Shown here: piece by piece, positions 27,870 through 42,899 of the stretch
Position numbering within the stretch: position 1 is the stretch's first letter
Layout of the letters: the number at the start of each line of letters is the position of its first letter
NCBI GenBank assembly: GCA_951406725.2
Contig: OX597816.1
Location: 83,018,001-83,082,000, forward strand
Origin: Octopus vulgaris
Taxonomy: Eukaryota
Direction: 5' to 3'
DNA length: 64,000 nucleotides
Translations under genes and position numbers: made by a program
Notes under the pieces: generated by a model
Told to the model about the DNA's origin: nothing
Database searches by the model: none
What the model saw: only the letters and a program-made list of their open reading frames with translations

Positions 27870-28057
27870 TAATTTCAAATTTTGGTATAAGGCCAGCAAT
27901 TTCTGGGGAGGGGTTAAGTCAATTATACCGACCCCAATACTCAAGTGGTACTTATTTTATCGACCTCAGCGGAATTTGACCTCAGGACGTGAAGACGGAC
28001 GAAATGTCGCTAAGTATTTCGCCCGGTGTGCTACCGATTCTGCCAGCTATCCGCCTT
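27870..28057 (-). mobile_element. SINE family A copy
   Basis: Family A core on the minus strand. Confidence 0.75.
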
Positions 28058-28084
28058 AACAACAACAACAACAACAACAACAAC

Positions 28085-29273
<1,189 letters not shown>

Positions 29274-29276
29274 ATA

Positions 29277-29337
<61 letters not shown>

Positions 29338-32300
29338 TTGAAGATGATGACGATGATTACAAATTCTGGCACAAGACCAGCAATTTCACTTACATTTTAG
29401 CGAGAAACTCTTTTTTTAGGTTGGATCAGAGCACTGGTAGAGTGAGTTGCTTCTGCTTCTGGACCTTTTCAGTTAGTAAATATCCGCACGATCTCCCCTT
29501 AAATTGTTCATCAGCTTCCTTATGAACTCGGCTGTGATGTTTAATCACATATATTGCTCTCTGTCTCTTAGAGAAGTGGGATACTTACGTGTATCTTGGA
29601 TATCTTTTGTTTAGGATGCATTTTTTCGTTCGCTTGCTCTAATTTTATTGTTGGCATCAACGAGAGCTTGGTCTTCATTTGCTTCTCGCCATAAGTAGAC
29701 TATAGGGTGAAGGTACTGGACGGTGCCCGCCCCCACCTTCAAATTCCTGGTTAGCAGCTACTGGTAATGAACTGAGGACAAGGGGAATTTTCAACAACTC
29801 TTAAACCTGAGTCCAGTGGTGTTCTGAAAAGGCAGTTTCTGAGCCTGCTGTTGTCATTGCTTGCTCTACTGTTGTCTGCTATTCCCTAATCACTTTTTTT
29901 ACCTTGCAGCTTTTCAGAGAAGAAAATCCCAAGTTGTTTTTACTGTTATATGTGTAACAGGTAATCTTTCTACGACGCGTCACCAATTCTGTTGTTTTCT
30001 TTCCGCCCCCTGAATGGGGTATACCTCCAGTATGACTCAGTAGCCTGAGAGTTTACTTGGAACCTTAATGTTAATGCAGATTCCATCTGATCACGAATTA
30101 TATTTGGTCATCTTGGCGTTCACAACCTGCCTATATTGCAACATAAAGGTGCTGATGGGCAAAGTGTTAATATCACTGCCAATGTCTCTCAGTGTGACAT
30201 TTGTGTTTCGCTACCCCATCCATCGCGGCACGAATCTGTGAAGAAATGTGTGATGCACCAGCTCAGTCATGTTAACTCATCCTCTGTTTTGCAAAATAGG
30301 CTTATAGTTCTATATTCCTTTCGCCAACAGAAGAAAACTACAATAGTCCATACATCACAGCTTTCTTTAATTGCACCTCTAAAGGTACACAAAAAACTCC
30401 TTCGCCTTTTAATAAGCTGTAGTTTATCTTCTTTCTCCTCGTCTTTTATTCAATAAAATTGTCAAGCAAGGAGACTACAAATTTCGTGATATTTCTGTTG
30501 TACAATAATATTTTTTTCTACGGAGGGTTAACTAATATTCAACATTTCTTTCTACATTTTGCAGCATTAGCAAATGATTAACTATTTTTGTTGCCATTTG
30601 TTAAATTGTTATGTTTTCCTGTGTTGTACAAGAATTTGTATTTGCTCGTTTAAATATTAAATATTTTCTTTCTGGTTGTTAATTTTTAATCTATGTTCTT
30701 GATCATAAAATTTCCGAAAATATCTTCAAACTTATATTGTTGCCAAAATGAATGAAAGCGTAGAAAGTATAACGTAAAAATGTTTGAAACAAGCTTTATT
30801 TTTCTGCATAACATAAATGGATAGACACACAGAAGTTTCAAAATAATGCTAAAAACGTTTTATTCCATTAAATGCAGACACAGTGATACTATAATACTGC
30901 AGTGCCGTGTGGAAACCCTTTCATTTTATTCAAGTTCAACACGATGACATCAACCGCGACGACGTCAATGACAACGGCAATAACGAATGTGAAAGTGAAA
31001 AATCCTCCAGTCCTACCAGAACGGCGTTTGTTCCTCATCCTGACAGATGCAAGGATTGGTTCGGTTATGGTTAGTCACTCTCTCCTTGTTGACACTTATT
31101 TTTGAAGAGACGTAAGTTTCTTTGTATCCAGGTTAATTGCTAGAAATAAGGATGAGTCAATTTCCTGACATTTCTAGAGTCGAGACTAATTCCATTGTAG
31201 GAGTAGGAACCCCCTTAGTTTGTCACTCTTGTTGTTGTCTTCTTTTAAACCTTATGAGCTGAATTCTTTTGAATGACTTTTATTACTAAATGTGCATCAA
31301 ATCGACCTTCTGCTCTGAATTCTCAGCCTTAAAAGTTTTCTTTCAGCTCTTACTGCTGGACATAGCTATGGGATTGTCTTGCAGAATCATGAGGATAGGT
31401 TTGTTCATGAGGATCTCCATCGTACCACACATCTCTAAAGGTTACGTCGGCACTGACTACCTACTTATCCACAATAGCCTATATAGTGAACCTCATCCTT
31501 TCCGTCCCAAATATTGAAAGACCAATACTGGGCATATGTGTATCTCATAATATCTGAATGTGAACGGCCACGTAATTCTCAGAGGTGATGGAGGAGGAGA
31601 GAGTAAGGGACCATACAATCTTCCTCATCCACTGAATGAGATGTTACTTCATGTATCTGCTAAGATTGCCAGCAATTACTGTTTGGATGATATGAGAAAG
31701 CTTTGTGGCTTTTCCAAGGCTCAAGTATGTTATTCTTATCTTCCCTTTCTGGATAATAGATTCGCTTTCTGGATAATAGTTGAGAAACGCCTGATTTACG
31801 GTCATAAGCCTACCAGGCTGCAGTCCTTCCAGCAAAATATTCCATGCCTACGTTTCACTTGTTTCAGAAATACAGCCATAATTACGTGTTATTAATTAGT
31901 CGCCGGGCGGTTATGGTTGAAGAAACCTACGATCAAGTGAAATATCCGTGAGAAGTACATCCGTTTACAGATATATATTAAGGACTACATTATTATGTGC
32001 CTTCTTTCGTTTCTAAGGCAAAAATGGCTGTTATATTCAGCATATTTAATTCCCACATAGAAGGTTTATTATTTGCTCGTTGACGAAGGAATCGCGCTGT
32101 AGTGGAAGGGTGGTGTAAACATAATTCATATCATAAGATAAAATAGACCATAAAAATAACACAAATAATTCAAGGCCTTTCAAATCACTACTATCTATGC
32201 ACAATCACACTCGCAAACATACACAGACATACAAACTCTTTTTTCTCTTTTTTTCCGTCTGATACACACTCGCACACACACAGACATACACATCTGCACA

Positions 32301-32544
32301 GAAGAAAAATGAAATAAAAAAAAAAGTCAGACCGCAAGAAGAAATGAATACATTTGGTTGAACTTCGTACGATGATACGTATCCAGTAATGAATCGTAAA
32401 CTGCGATGAACAATGATGGCGGTCGTACTCTCAACTCATTTACTTCTTTCACTTGTTGGCCTGTTTTAGTGCTTGATGATAAAATGCCTACGCACACTCC
32501 ATTGCAAACACACACACGCGCGCGTGCACGCAGCCCCCACCCAA

Positions 32545-32951
32545 ACACACACACACATATATGTATGTGACGCTGACCGATTTTATATGGTATGGCGAAT
32601 TTTTGCAATTTCGTAATATACTGGTCTTTACCATTCAACCCGAACTAGTCGCATGCAATATATACTGTAGATGTATTAAAAATACATACAATTATTATCC
32701 TTTTTCTTCTTCTTCTTCTTCTTCTTCTTCTTCTTCTTCTTCTTCTTCTTCTTCTTCTTCTTCTTCTTGTTATTATTATTGTCGGTTGATATACTAAAAT
32801 TGGAGCGATGCGAAGATAATCACCACCACAGTATATATTGCATGCGACTAGTTCGGGTTGAATGGTAAAGACCAGTATATTACGAAATTGCAAAAATTCG
32901 CCATACCATATAAAATCGGTCAGCGTCACATACATATATGTGTGTGTGTGT
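32545..32951. repeat. Perfect 124-bp inverted repeat with a 159-bp spacer containing (TTC)n
   Basis: Arms 32545-32668 and 32828-32951. ORFs 32561+ and 32645- have identical N-termini. Confidence 0.95.
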
Positions 32952-33070
32952 CAACACACAACACTGACACCACCACCCCCACCACCACCACCACCACCAC
33001 CACAAGCAACAGCTTTGTGTTCACCCTCCTCCGCTCCCCTCTCCTCCTCCTCCTCCTCCTCCTCCTCCTC

Positions 33071-33117
<47 letters not shown>

Positions 33118-33154
33118 CATCATCATTATTATTATTATCATTATTATTATTATT

Positions 33155-33235
33155 GCAATAATCTTGTTATTATAGCGTTGCTTTCAATGCACAGCCAAGC
33201 ACAACTCTGTGTGACTCGGGTATGCGCAGTATTTA
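33155..33235 (-). mobile_element. 3'UTR-only remnant of a Dong-like element in (AAT)n
   Basis: Reverse complement catacccgagtcacacagagttgtgcttggc..tgaaagcaacgctata matches 23619-23672. Confidence 0.75.
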
Positions 33236-33392
33236 TTGTTATTGTTACTCTCCTCTTTATCCTCATCCTCCATAATTATCATTATATTTTCAGCATGGAT
33301 GAATCTTTTCGTTTGATATGGATCTTCTAAAGACGCTCTTAATGAATTATTTGATTCCTTACGTTCCTCACCCCCTTCACTTCCCCACGCCC

Positions 33393-33447
<55 letters not shown>

Positions 33448-33622
33448 TGTATGTATGTATGTATGTATGTATGTATGTATGTATGTATGTATGTATGTAT
33501 GTCTGTATGTATGTATACGCAATTATAAGCTAATATGCGCAAGAATGCAAATATGGGAACCGACATGTACGTACAGAATAAAATGAGTAGTCTTTATTTA
33601 AATTTACATCATCAATAACAAT

Positions 33623-33719
<97 letters not shown>

Positions 33720-33908
33720 ATTATTATCATATTTGCCCGTCGCTACCTTCTGAGTTCAAATTCCGCCGAGGTCGACTCTGCTTTTCCTCCTTTCGGAGTC
33801 GATAAAATAAGTACCAGCCAGTTGAAAACTGGGGTCGATGTAATCGACTCATACCCTACCCCAAAATTGCTACTCTTGTTGCAAAATTTTAAACTATTAT
33901 TATTATTG

Positions 33909-34053
<145 letters not shown>

Positions 34054-34345
34054 TGTTATTACTACTATTTGTGTTCTGTTACTAAGGACAGTAATATATC
34101 TCTGTCCAGTCGTTTATTTAAGGTAACTCTATAAGCTTACATCCTCTGTGTCGTACATTAACAGAATCACCCCTGCATACATACATACATACATACATAC
34201 ATACATACTCACGCACACACATGCACACTCACACATACATGTATATGTAATATATTCGTACATACACACACACGCGCATATATATGGCAAATATGAATTT
34301 CGTATATCTACGTCTGCATATATACATGTATAAGTGTATATGTGC

Positions 34346-34490
<145 letters not shown>

Positions 34491-35441
34491 ATGATGTGTC
34501 CACCCTATATGTACGCGTGTGGCGGTATGTACAAATACGCATTCATACATTTATACGCACACATGCGTATGCAGCGATGCATATGCACAGACGCACACAC
34601 ACACACACACACACACAGATAAACAAACACACACACACACATACACACACATAAATGCATACACACACGTATATATGTTAGTGTGTGTGTTATATATGGA
34701 CGTTTGTTTGAGAGAGTGTATGAGTGTTTGCATAAAATGCGTGTGAGTGTGTAAGCGTATAGATGATTTGTCTCTGTCGACATTCCAAAGACGTACTTTC
34801 GCCACAACAACCAAAAGAAATTGTCCAAAGCAATCAGTTTTAAAAACAACTCTAGCACATTCTTGTCTTGTAAAAACGTAAACCAAATACATTTGTACCT
34901 GGTTGACTAACGCAAGCTCCTCACCGAATCATAAAACACCCTCGCCTAACCTAAGCGTACCGCTTTTCTTCATCGATGGTATTACCAACGAGACTCGCGA
35001 AACACAAGCGATAAACGCAATGTACTGAAAAAGGGGTTATAATAGGTGGTGGTTGTCGTGCTAATAATGGTGGTGACGTTTCGGTGGGGGTGGTGGTGGC
35101 TGCAAAGGCGGAGTCGTGTTAGAGATTATTTTTAAAGCTTATAGTCTGTTGTATTTTGTCTGCTGTTGGTGTTGCATTAATTAATGGAACATACAACAGA
35201 TACATAGACATACAGATATACATACATAAAAATACATGTGTGCGTATATTTATATATGTATATTCGCAATCTTGCCCTCTCTCTCTCACTTTCTCCCTCT
35301 CACTCTCTATCTATCTATTTGTCTGTCTATCTGTCTGTCTACCTATCAAAGCATTCGCATACGCATGTATACAAGATTTTAGCTGTGTGTATGTAAGAAT
35401 ATGTGCATATATGTAGTTTGTATGGGTGCATATCTATCTTA

Positions 35442-35500
<59 letters not shown>

Positions 35501-35530
35501 TATATTATATATATATATATATATATATGC

Positions 35531-35578
<48 letters not shown>

Positions 35579-35656
35579 TATATACATATATATGTATATA
35601 TGTATGTATATATATATACATACACATATATATACATATATATGTATATATGTATA

Positions 35657-35699
<43 letters not shown>

Positions 35700-36380
35700 A
35701 TTTCATAGCTGTTAATCTATAATTTTGTGCGCAAATATATGCACACTAACATAAACGCACACATGCACACACTCACAAATGAATACATACATCCCTATAT
35801 GTGGGTGTATGTGAGTTCGCGTGTGTGTAAGTGAGTGTGCGTGTTATGTGTGTATGTGTGTGTGTGTGAGTGTGTATGCGAGGTACTAAAATCAATACAA
35901 ACGATATGAGGTCTACATTATTTACATTAAAGTACACTTCTTGGTTTGGCGTCGTATGTCTTTAAGTTCAAATATCTTCAGTGAAGATTTTGTTATTCAC
36001 GACTATCTAGGAAAAAAAGATTAAATTAGTAACCTTGTTGAAGATTTGAACAACTTATTACCCTATTTATGCAAATTACGAGGACTTGCTTGCATAGGAA
36101 TCAATGTTAAAATCTGTGGTGTTTTCGTGCAAATGTGTGTATGAGTGTGTATGTGTGTGTTTGCATAATGTGTATATGCAATTTTGAATATGTATATATA
36201 TATATATATATATATATGCGTGCGTGTGAGTGAGTGTGTGTTGGTATGTGTATGGGTTGATGTACTTTTGCGGTACGCAAGAAGGAAAGTGTTTATTTTT
36301 ATAAATGAAGCTTGTAATATGTAATCACCTCCCCTACACACATACATATACACTTATATATATGTGTACATATCTATATT

Positions 36381-36479
<99 letters not shown>

Positions 36480-37299
36480 AATTTTATCATATTTATATAT
36501 AAATATATGTGTGTGTGTGTGTGTGTGTGAAAAGGTTGAATTATATTTTATCCTTTACTTTGGAGGGTTCCAAAAAAAAGCAATTTCTAACAAAGGTTCT
36601 TCATATTTTGCTGTAAATGGTGTGTTATGAGAATTTATGGAAAGGTAACCCATAGAACTCAACAAATTTGTTAAAAAGGGAGAAGAGATGTTAAAATTTG
36701 AAAGTATTTTATTACATGCATTTGATCGTTTCAAACAGCGATATCAGCATGTAAATTCATGGTAGAATAATTAAATTAATTAAATTAAATTAATTACAAA
36801 CTATTATTCTCCTCAGTGCAAGAAGTATAAACAAAAACATTATTATTACAGAAGACTTGAGGAATGAAATAGCACGGAACAAATTCCGATATACATATTT
36901 GTCGTTATGAAAATTGAGAGCATACTAAAGAATGTGAGTCTAGTTGTGTATAAACTAAAACTGAGGCAGCTAACGGTTTTTTGAAAATATGAGTGAAAAG
37001 GTTTTAAGAGACGTTCCCTCTATAGAAGAGTAAATAGAAAAACTCTCATAACACAGACTATATACATATATATATATAAATCGTCAATATTTCATACATC
37101 CGAAAACAGAAGCACACTCTAAAGCATTAGAGCAGTAATGTATATTTTGGGGAATTTAAAAGTTATGGCTGGTCATAGGGTGAACATTTGTTTCGCACCC
37201 ATAGAGCTCTTAGCTGTATAGACGACCCGTCAATCTCAAATGGTTCGTCTTCAGCCGTTTGTGTTGAACGATCGAGTCACCTATACTGCTAAGTGCTCC

Positions 37300-37585
37300 T
37301 TTCGGGGTCGATAAATTAAGTACCAGTTACGCACTGGGGTCGATATAATCGACTTAATCCGTTTGTCTGTCCTTGTTTGTCCTCTCTGTGTTTAGCCCCT
37401 TGTGGGTAGTAAAGAAATAGTTCTCCCGTTACTACGTTCTGCGTTCAAGTTCCGCCGAGGTCAATTTTGCCTTTCATCCCTTCGGAGTCGGTAAATTAAG
37501 TATCAGTTGAGTACTGGGGTGGATGTAGTCGACTAACTGATCCCCTACCAAATTTCAGGCCTTGTGCCGATAGCAGGAAAGATTA
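37300..37585 (+). mobile_element. Two abutting SINE family A copies
   Basis: First copy ends cccttgtgggtagtaaagaaatag; a head-truncated second copy follows directly. Confidence 0.8.
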
Positions 37586-37647
37586 TTATGACATTTTATT
37601 GTAAACACTAAATTGAAAGCAAAAACGATAGAAAGTACAGCTATTAT

Positions 37648-37819
37648 AGGTGCAGGTGTGGTTGTGTGGTAAGTAGCGTGCTTACCAACGACATGGTTCC
37701 GGGTTCATTCCCACTGCGTGGCACCTTTGGCAAGTGTCTTCTACTATAGCCTCGGGACGACCAAAGCCTTTTGAGTGGATTTGGTAGACGGTAACTGAAA
37801 GAAGCCCGTCGTATATATG

Positions 37820-37885
<66 letters not shown>

Positions 37886-38090
37886 TGTGTGTGTGTATGT
37901 TTGTGTGTCTCTGTCCCCTAACATCGTTTGACAACCGATGGCAGTGTGTTTACGTCCCCGTAACTTAGCGGTTCGGCAGAAGAGACCGATAGAATAAGTA
38001 GTAGGCTTCCAAAGAATAAGTCCTGGGGTCGACTTGCTGGCCGCAGTCAAATGACTGAAACAAGTAGAAGAGTAAAATAGAGTAAAAGAG
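37648..38090 (+). mobile_element. Near full-length SINE family B
   Basis: A-box-like tggttgtgtgg, B-box ggttcattccc, CORE-like tttggcaagtgtctt, internal (TA)n, (GAGTAAAA)n-like tail. Confidence 0.9.
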
Positions 38091-38655
38091 TATTATTAAA
38101 GTAAAACTAAAAGGTAGGAAAAAAACAAAAACAAGAATTAGTTCTTTTTTGAAAGAATAAAACACTTAGAGTTGAAACAATAATAATAAAAAAAAAAACG
38201 GTGGCGAAAATTTAGTTATTCCGAAAATATTCTTCTTGGGTTACGAGTGACTATTTTTGAGAAGATATAAATTAAAAATGAAACAAAGATGTATGCATTG
38301 CAAATACTCAGTCTAAATGGGGAAAGACTCATTATAAAACAAATAAAACAATAAAGCATAAACACATACACACATGCACACATACATATATATATATAGT
38401 TTACATCTAGAATGAAGTAGATTAATTATTGCTGTATGTATGTATGTAGCTATCATCTATCTATATATAAATACTTTATGATTAAGGTTCAGCAAAGATT
38501 TGCTTTACCATATACCGAAGTTTAGAAATAGCAGCCCAAAAAACCTTAGCTAGTTCTTCTACTTTTAAAAGGGACTCCCAGAAAAACCAAAATACTTGAA
38601 AACAATCCACGCAGGCAGAGAGGAAAAATAACGAAAATCAATCTATATCTGGTCA

Positions 38656-38737
38656 CCCATGTACACGTTTCGGAATTAGATCGGTATAAAGAATATAGAA
38701 GTAGACTTTACCCAACCATTTTCTTCATCATCATGGG
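38656..38737 (-). ncRNA. Decayed Penelope-type hammerhead motif with a long stem II
   Basis: Minus strand: CCCATG-ATGATGA-[imperfect long hairpin]-GAAA-CGTG-TA-CATGGG; perfect 6-bp stem I. Confidence 0.65.
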
Positions 38738-40325
38738 ACTCTAACAATATTAAATACTAAAAATATTAAATTCGAAAGCAATGGAAGAATTGAACATATC
38801 TCTTCACCTAACGGTATCAGACAGATCATATTCAGTGTTAGTACCGCCGAATTCAAAATACGAATGAGGTTCATCACCTTCCCCTGCCCATCCGCGTGTG
38901 TCGTCAAGTAAAATACTACAAAAAAATCTGTAGTTTGTTATCAGGAAGAAAATTCTATTATCAATAATAACAAAGGGTAAAATTAATTAATTAAGAAGTA
39001 ATCAATAATTTCACCAAGTAGAATTCAGCATGAATTATATATATATGGAAAAAATTCAAGGTAGAAAATGCTAAAATAATTTTATAAAAAACATTTAAGT
39101 ACCGGTTTCAGTCATTGAATCTGGGAGATTCCGTGAGACACAGAATGTGACAAGACTGGCCCTTTGAAATACAGGTACTACTCATTTTTGGTAGCTGAGT
39201 GGACTTAAGTAACGTGAAGTAAAGTGTCTTACTTAAGAAAGTTTCATGCATAATTTTCAGTCGAGTCACAGAGCTACATATTTAGCGAATAGAACAGATG
39301 AATGAAAATTATACGTAATTGACTCGCGTTGAAACCACTGAAAGTATTGCAGGGAAAATGGTAGAAAGAATAGAAAAATTTTGGCGTTTATTATGTTAAT
39401 GAAATTTCAAATCCAATGGGACTAAATCTCATTACTATGACGAATGTTTCTTTATCAGAACAGCTGGTAGAAAACTAAGATTGAAGAAATATGTATTACA
39501 AGCGACAGGATAAAGTGAAATAACTGCAATCAAAGCAAAATTTATTCAAACAAGAAATCAAAAATAGATTTTAAAATTGCACTGCGATTCTTTTTTGTGT
39601 ACTTCCAACGAAATGGATTGTAAAGGGTACTCTCCGGTAATGATTATATCAGAAGTGTTAGGAATTCACTGAAAGCGACGGAATAAGAGTTCTCATAATT
39701 TTTGTTTGGTGGCATGAACAATGTTTAACTTGGTAAAAATTTATTTGTCAAAGATAAAAAATTATTTAATTGGGCATAACAGGGATTGGCAATAGGGTGA
39801 TAATAGTAGAGTAGTTGTGTTTATATTAATATTTAATGTCTTATGGTTGATGTTAGTGTATTAATGATAGATTTTGCATTTGTGAATAACGATGTTTTAT
39901 CCTAAACGAAAATAAAAAGAAAACAGGTAAATAGAGAATAGGAGATCAAATATGAAAGAATGAAATGAGGTGTGCTGAATATGTTATCCAACACTTGAAT
40001 GTTTAATGTAAAATGCAAGGTGAATATTTATGGAGATATTTTAAAAGGGTAATTGAAGGTTAATTGTAAATGAATTGTCAATAGGTTAGATACTGTTTAA
40101 CAATGGTCTGGTGAGTTTGGAGGAAAATAAATATTAATATTGCTTTCAAATTTGGGCACGAAGACAGAAATTTCGGGGGAAAGGATAAGTCGATTACATT
40201 CACCCCAGTGTTCAATTGGTTCTTACTTTTATCGATCCCCGAAGGAATGGAAAGATAAAGTCAACCTCGGTGGAATTTGAAATCAGAATTTTGTAAACAA
40301 TTCTTCTGTAACCTCTTTCGTTCAA

Positions 40326-40390
<65 letters not shown>

Positions 40391-40408
40391 TATATATATT
40401 TATATATA

Positions 40409-41395
40409 TGTTACATGAACGAAAGAAGTTGCAGAAGATGATTTGCAAAGTTCAAAAATGGTGATCTTAGTCTAAGAGAGAGTCCACGAATAGGACGCAG
40501 TGTTGAATTTGATGATGAGTTTTTTTTGTCAGAGCTTGAGAAGTATAATGCAGTATCAGTTGGAGAATTGGCAAGCAAGCTCAATTCGAGCCATTCAACT
40601 GTCCAGCGCCATCTTCAACAGCTTGGAAAGGTGTCCATACTAGGAAAATGGTTACCCTGGTTTGACAAGTCAGCCGAAAATCACGAGTGGGCATCTGCTC
40701 ATCTCTTCAATCACGTGATCGTATCTCACCATTTTTGGATAGATTAGTGACTGGTAATGAAAATGGAATTTTTTTGAAAATGTTAAACGACGCAGGGGAT
40801 GGTTTAGTTGTGTAGAACAGGCTAAACCAAAACCCAAAAAGGACCTCCACGCAAAAAAGGTTTGTCTTTCTGTTTTGTGGGATTGCATTGGAGTCATCCA
40901 CTTTCAGTTACTACCAACCAATGCAACAATTACAGCTCACATCTATTGTCAAAAATTAGTGTTTGGATGCTGGTTTGAAGAGGAAAAGGCCTGCTTTGAC
41001 GAATCATAAGAGAGTGGTATTTCATCAGGATAATGCAAGGCACTACACTGCAAAGATTACACCAGGAAAAGTCGAGGAACTTGTCTGGGAAAAAATTCCC
41101 CAGGCGCCCTACTCCCTGAATCTCGATTCTTCTACTTACTATTTGTTTCGAAGTTTACAGAATCATTTAGATGGATTAATAGCCAAAAGTCCCAATGGGG
41201 TCGAAACTGACCTCTCTTTCTTCTTATCAAAATCAAAAGAGTTTTTCATCAATGGAAATAAAAAGATGATGAGTAGATGGAAGGAAGTCATCGATAATAA
41301 TAGAAATTATATACAGGGTTAATATTTAATTAAATGTAAAATTAGATCACTGATTTTCCTTATCCAAAATTCAGATATTTCTTATATTCACGTCA
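40409..41395 (+). pseudogene. 5'-truncated decayed mariner transposase
   Basis: FAKFKNGDLSL, HSTVQRHLQQLGKV..GKWLP, LVTGNE, FHQDNARHYTA, APYSLNLDSSTYYLFRSLQ, RWKEVIDNNRNYIQG*. Confidence 0.92.
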
Positions 41396-41447
41396 AATAA
41401 ACTCTAAACCCTAAAGGAATATTTAATATGATTTCACTATCCGTATA

Positions 41448-41718
41448 TGCTGCTGCCGCTGTCTGCCGCTGCTGCTACCGCCGCCGCTTCCGCCGCTGCC
41501 GACGCCGCTTCCGCCGCCGCCGCCGCCGCCGCGTCGCCGCTGCCGCCACCGCTTCCGCCGCTGCCGCCGCCGCTTCAGCCGCTGCCGCCGCTGCCGCCGC
41601 TGCCGCCGCTGCCGCCGCTGCCGCCGCTGCCGCCGCTGCCGCCGCCGCCGCCGCTGCCGCCTCTGCCGCCGCTGCCGCCGCTCCCGCCGCTGCCGCCGCT
41701 ACCGCCGCTGCTGCCTCT

Positions 41719-41753
<35 letters not shown>

Positions 41754-42831
41754 TGCCGCCGCCGCTGCCGCTGCCGCCGCCGCCGCCGCTGCCGCCGCTG
41801 CCGCCGCTGCCGCCGCTGCCGCCGCTACCGCTGTCGCCGCTGCCGCCGCTACCGCCGCTACCGCCGCTGCCGCCGCTGCCGCCGCTGCCGCCGCTGCCGC
41901 TGCCGCTGCCGCCGCTGCCGCCGCTGCCGCCGCTGCCGCCGCTGCCGCCGCTGCCGCCGCTGCCGCCGCTACCGCCGCTGCCGCCGCTGCCGCCGCTGCC
42001 GCCGCTCCGCCGCTGCCGCCGCCGCCGCCGCCGCCGCTGCCGCCGCCGCCGCCTGCTGCCGCCGCTGCCGCCGCTGCCGCCGCTGCCGCCGCTGCCACCG
42101 CTGCCGCCGCTGCCGCCGCTGCCGCCGCTGCCGCCGCTGCCGCCTCGTCGCCGCCGCCGCCGCCCCGCCGCTCCCGCCGCTGCCGCCGCTGCCGCCGCGC
42201 CGCCGCTGCCGCCGCTGCCGCCGCTGCCGCCGCTGCCGCCACTGCCGCCGCTGCCGCCGCTGCCGCCGCTGCCGCCGCTGCCGCCGCTGCCGCCGCTGCC
42301 GCCGCTGCCGCCGCTGCCGCCGCTGCCGCGCGCCGCCGCTGCCGCCGCTACCGCCGCCGTCGCCGCTCACATTATATACAGGGTTAATATTTAATTAAAT
42401 GTAAAATTAGATCACCGCCGCCGCTGCCACCGCTACCGCCGCTGCCGCCGCTGCCGCCGCTGCCGCCGCTGCAGCCGCTGACGCCGCTGCCGCCGCTGCC
42501 GCCGCCGCCGCCGCTGCCGCCGCTGCCGCCGCTGCCGCCGCTGCCGCCGCTGCCGCCGCTGCCGCCGCTACCGCCGCTGCCGCCGCTGCCGCCGCTGCCG
42601 CCGCTGCCGCCGCTGCCGCCGCTGCCGCCGCTACCGCCGCTGCCGCCGCTGCCGCCGCTGCCGCCGCTGACGCCTCTGCCGCCGCTTCCGCCTCTTCCGC
42701 CGCTTTCGCCGCTGCCGCCGCTGCCGCCGCTGCCGCCGCTGCCGCCGCTGCCGCCGCCGCCGCCGCCCGCCGCTGCCGCCGCTACCGCCGCTGCCGCCGC
42801 TGCCGCCGCTGCCGCCGCTGCCGCCGCTGCC

Positions 42832-42864
<33 letters not shown>

Positions 42865-42880
42865 CGCTACCGCCGCTGCC
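41448..42880. repeat. ~1.4-kb (GCCGCCGCT)n / (GCC)n trinucleotide tract
   Basis: Directly visible; interrupted at 42371-42415. Confidence 0.97.
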
Positions 42881-42899
42881 TCAACCGACACCACCTCAG

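Noticed and set aside
41428-42394. 319-aa poly-Ala and 315-aa Pro/Leu ORFs as genes
   Set aside because: Stop-free only because of GCC/GCT composition; the termini derive from an inserted mariner fragment.
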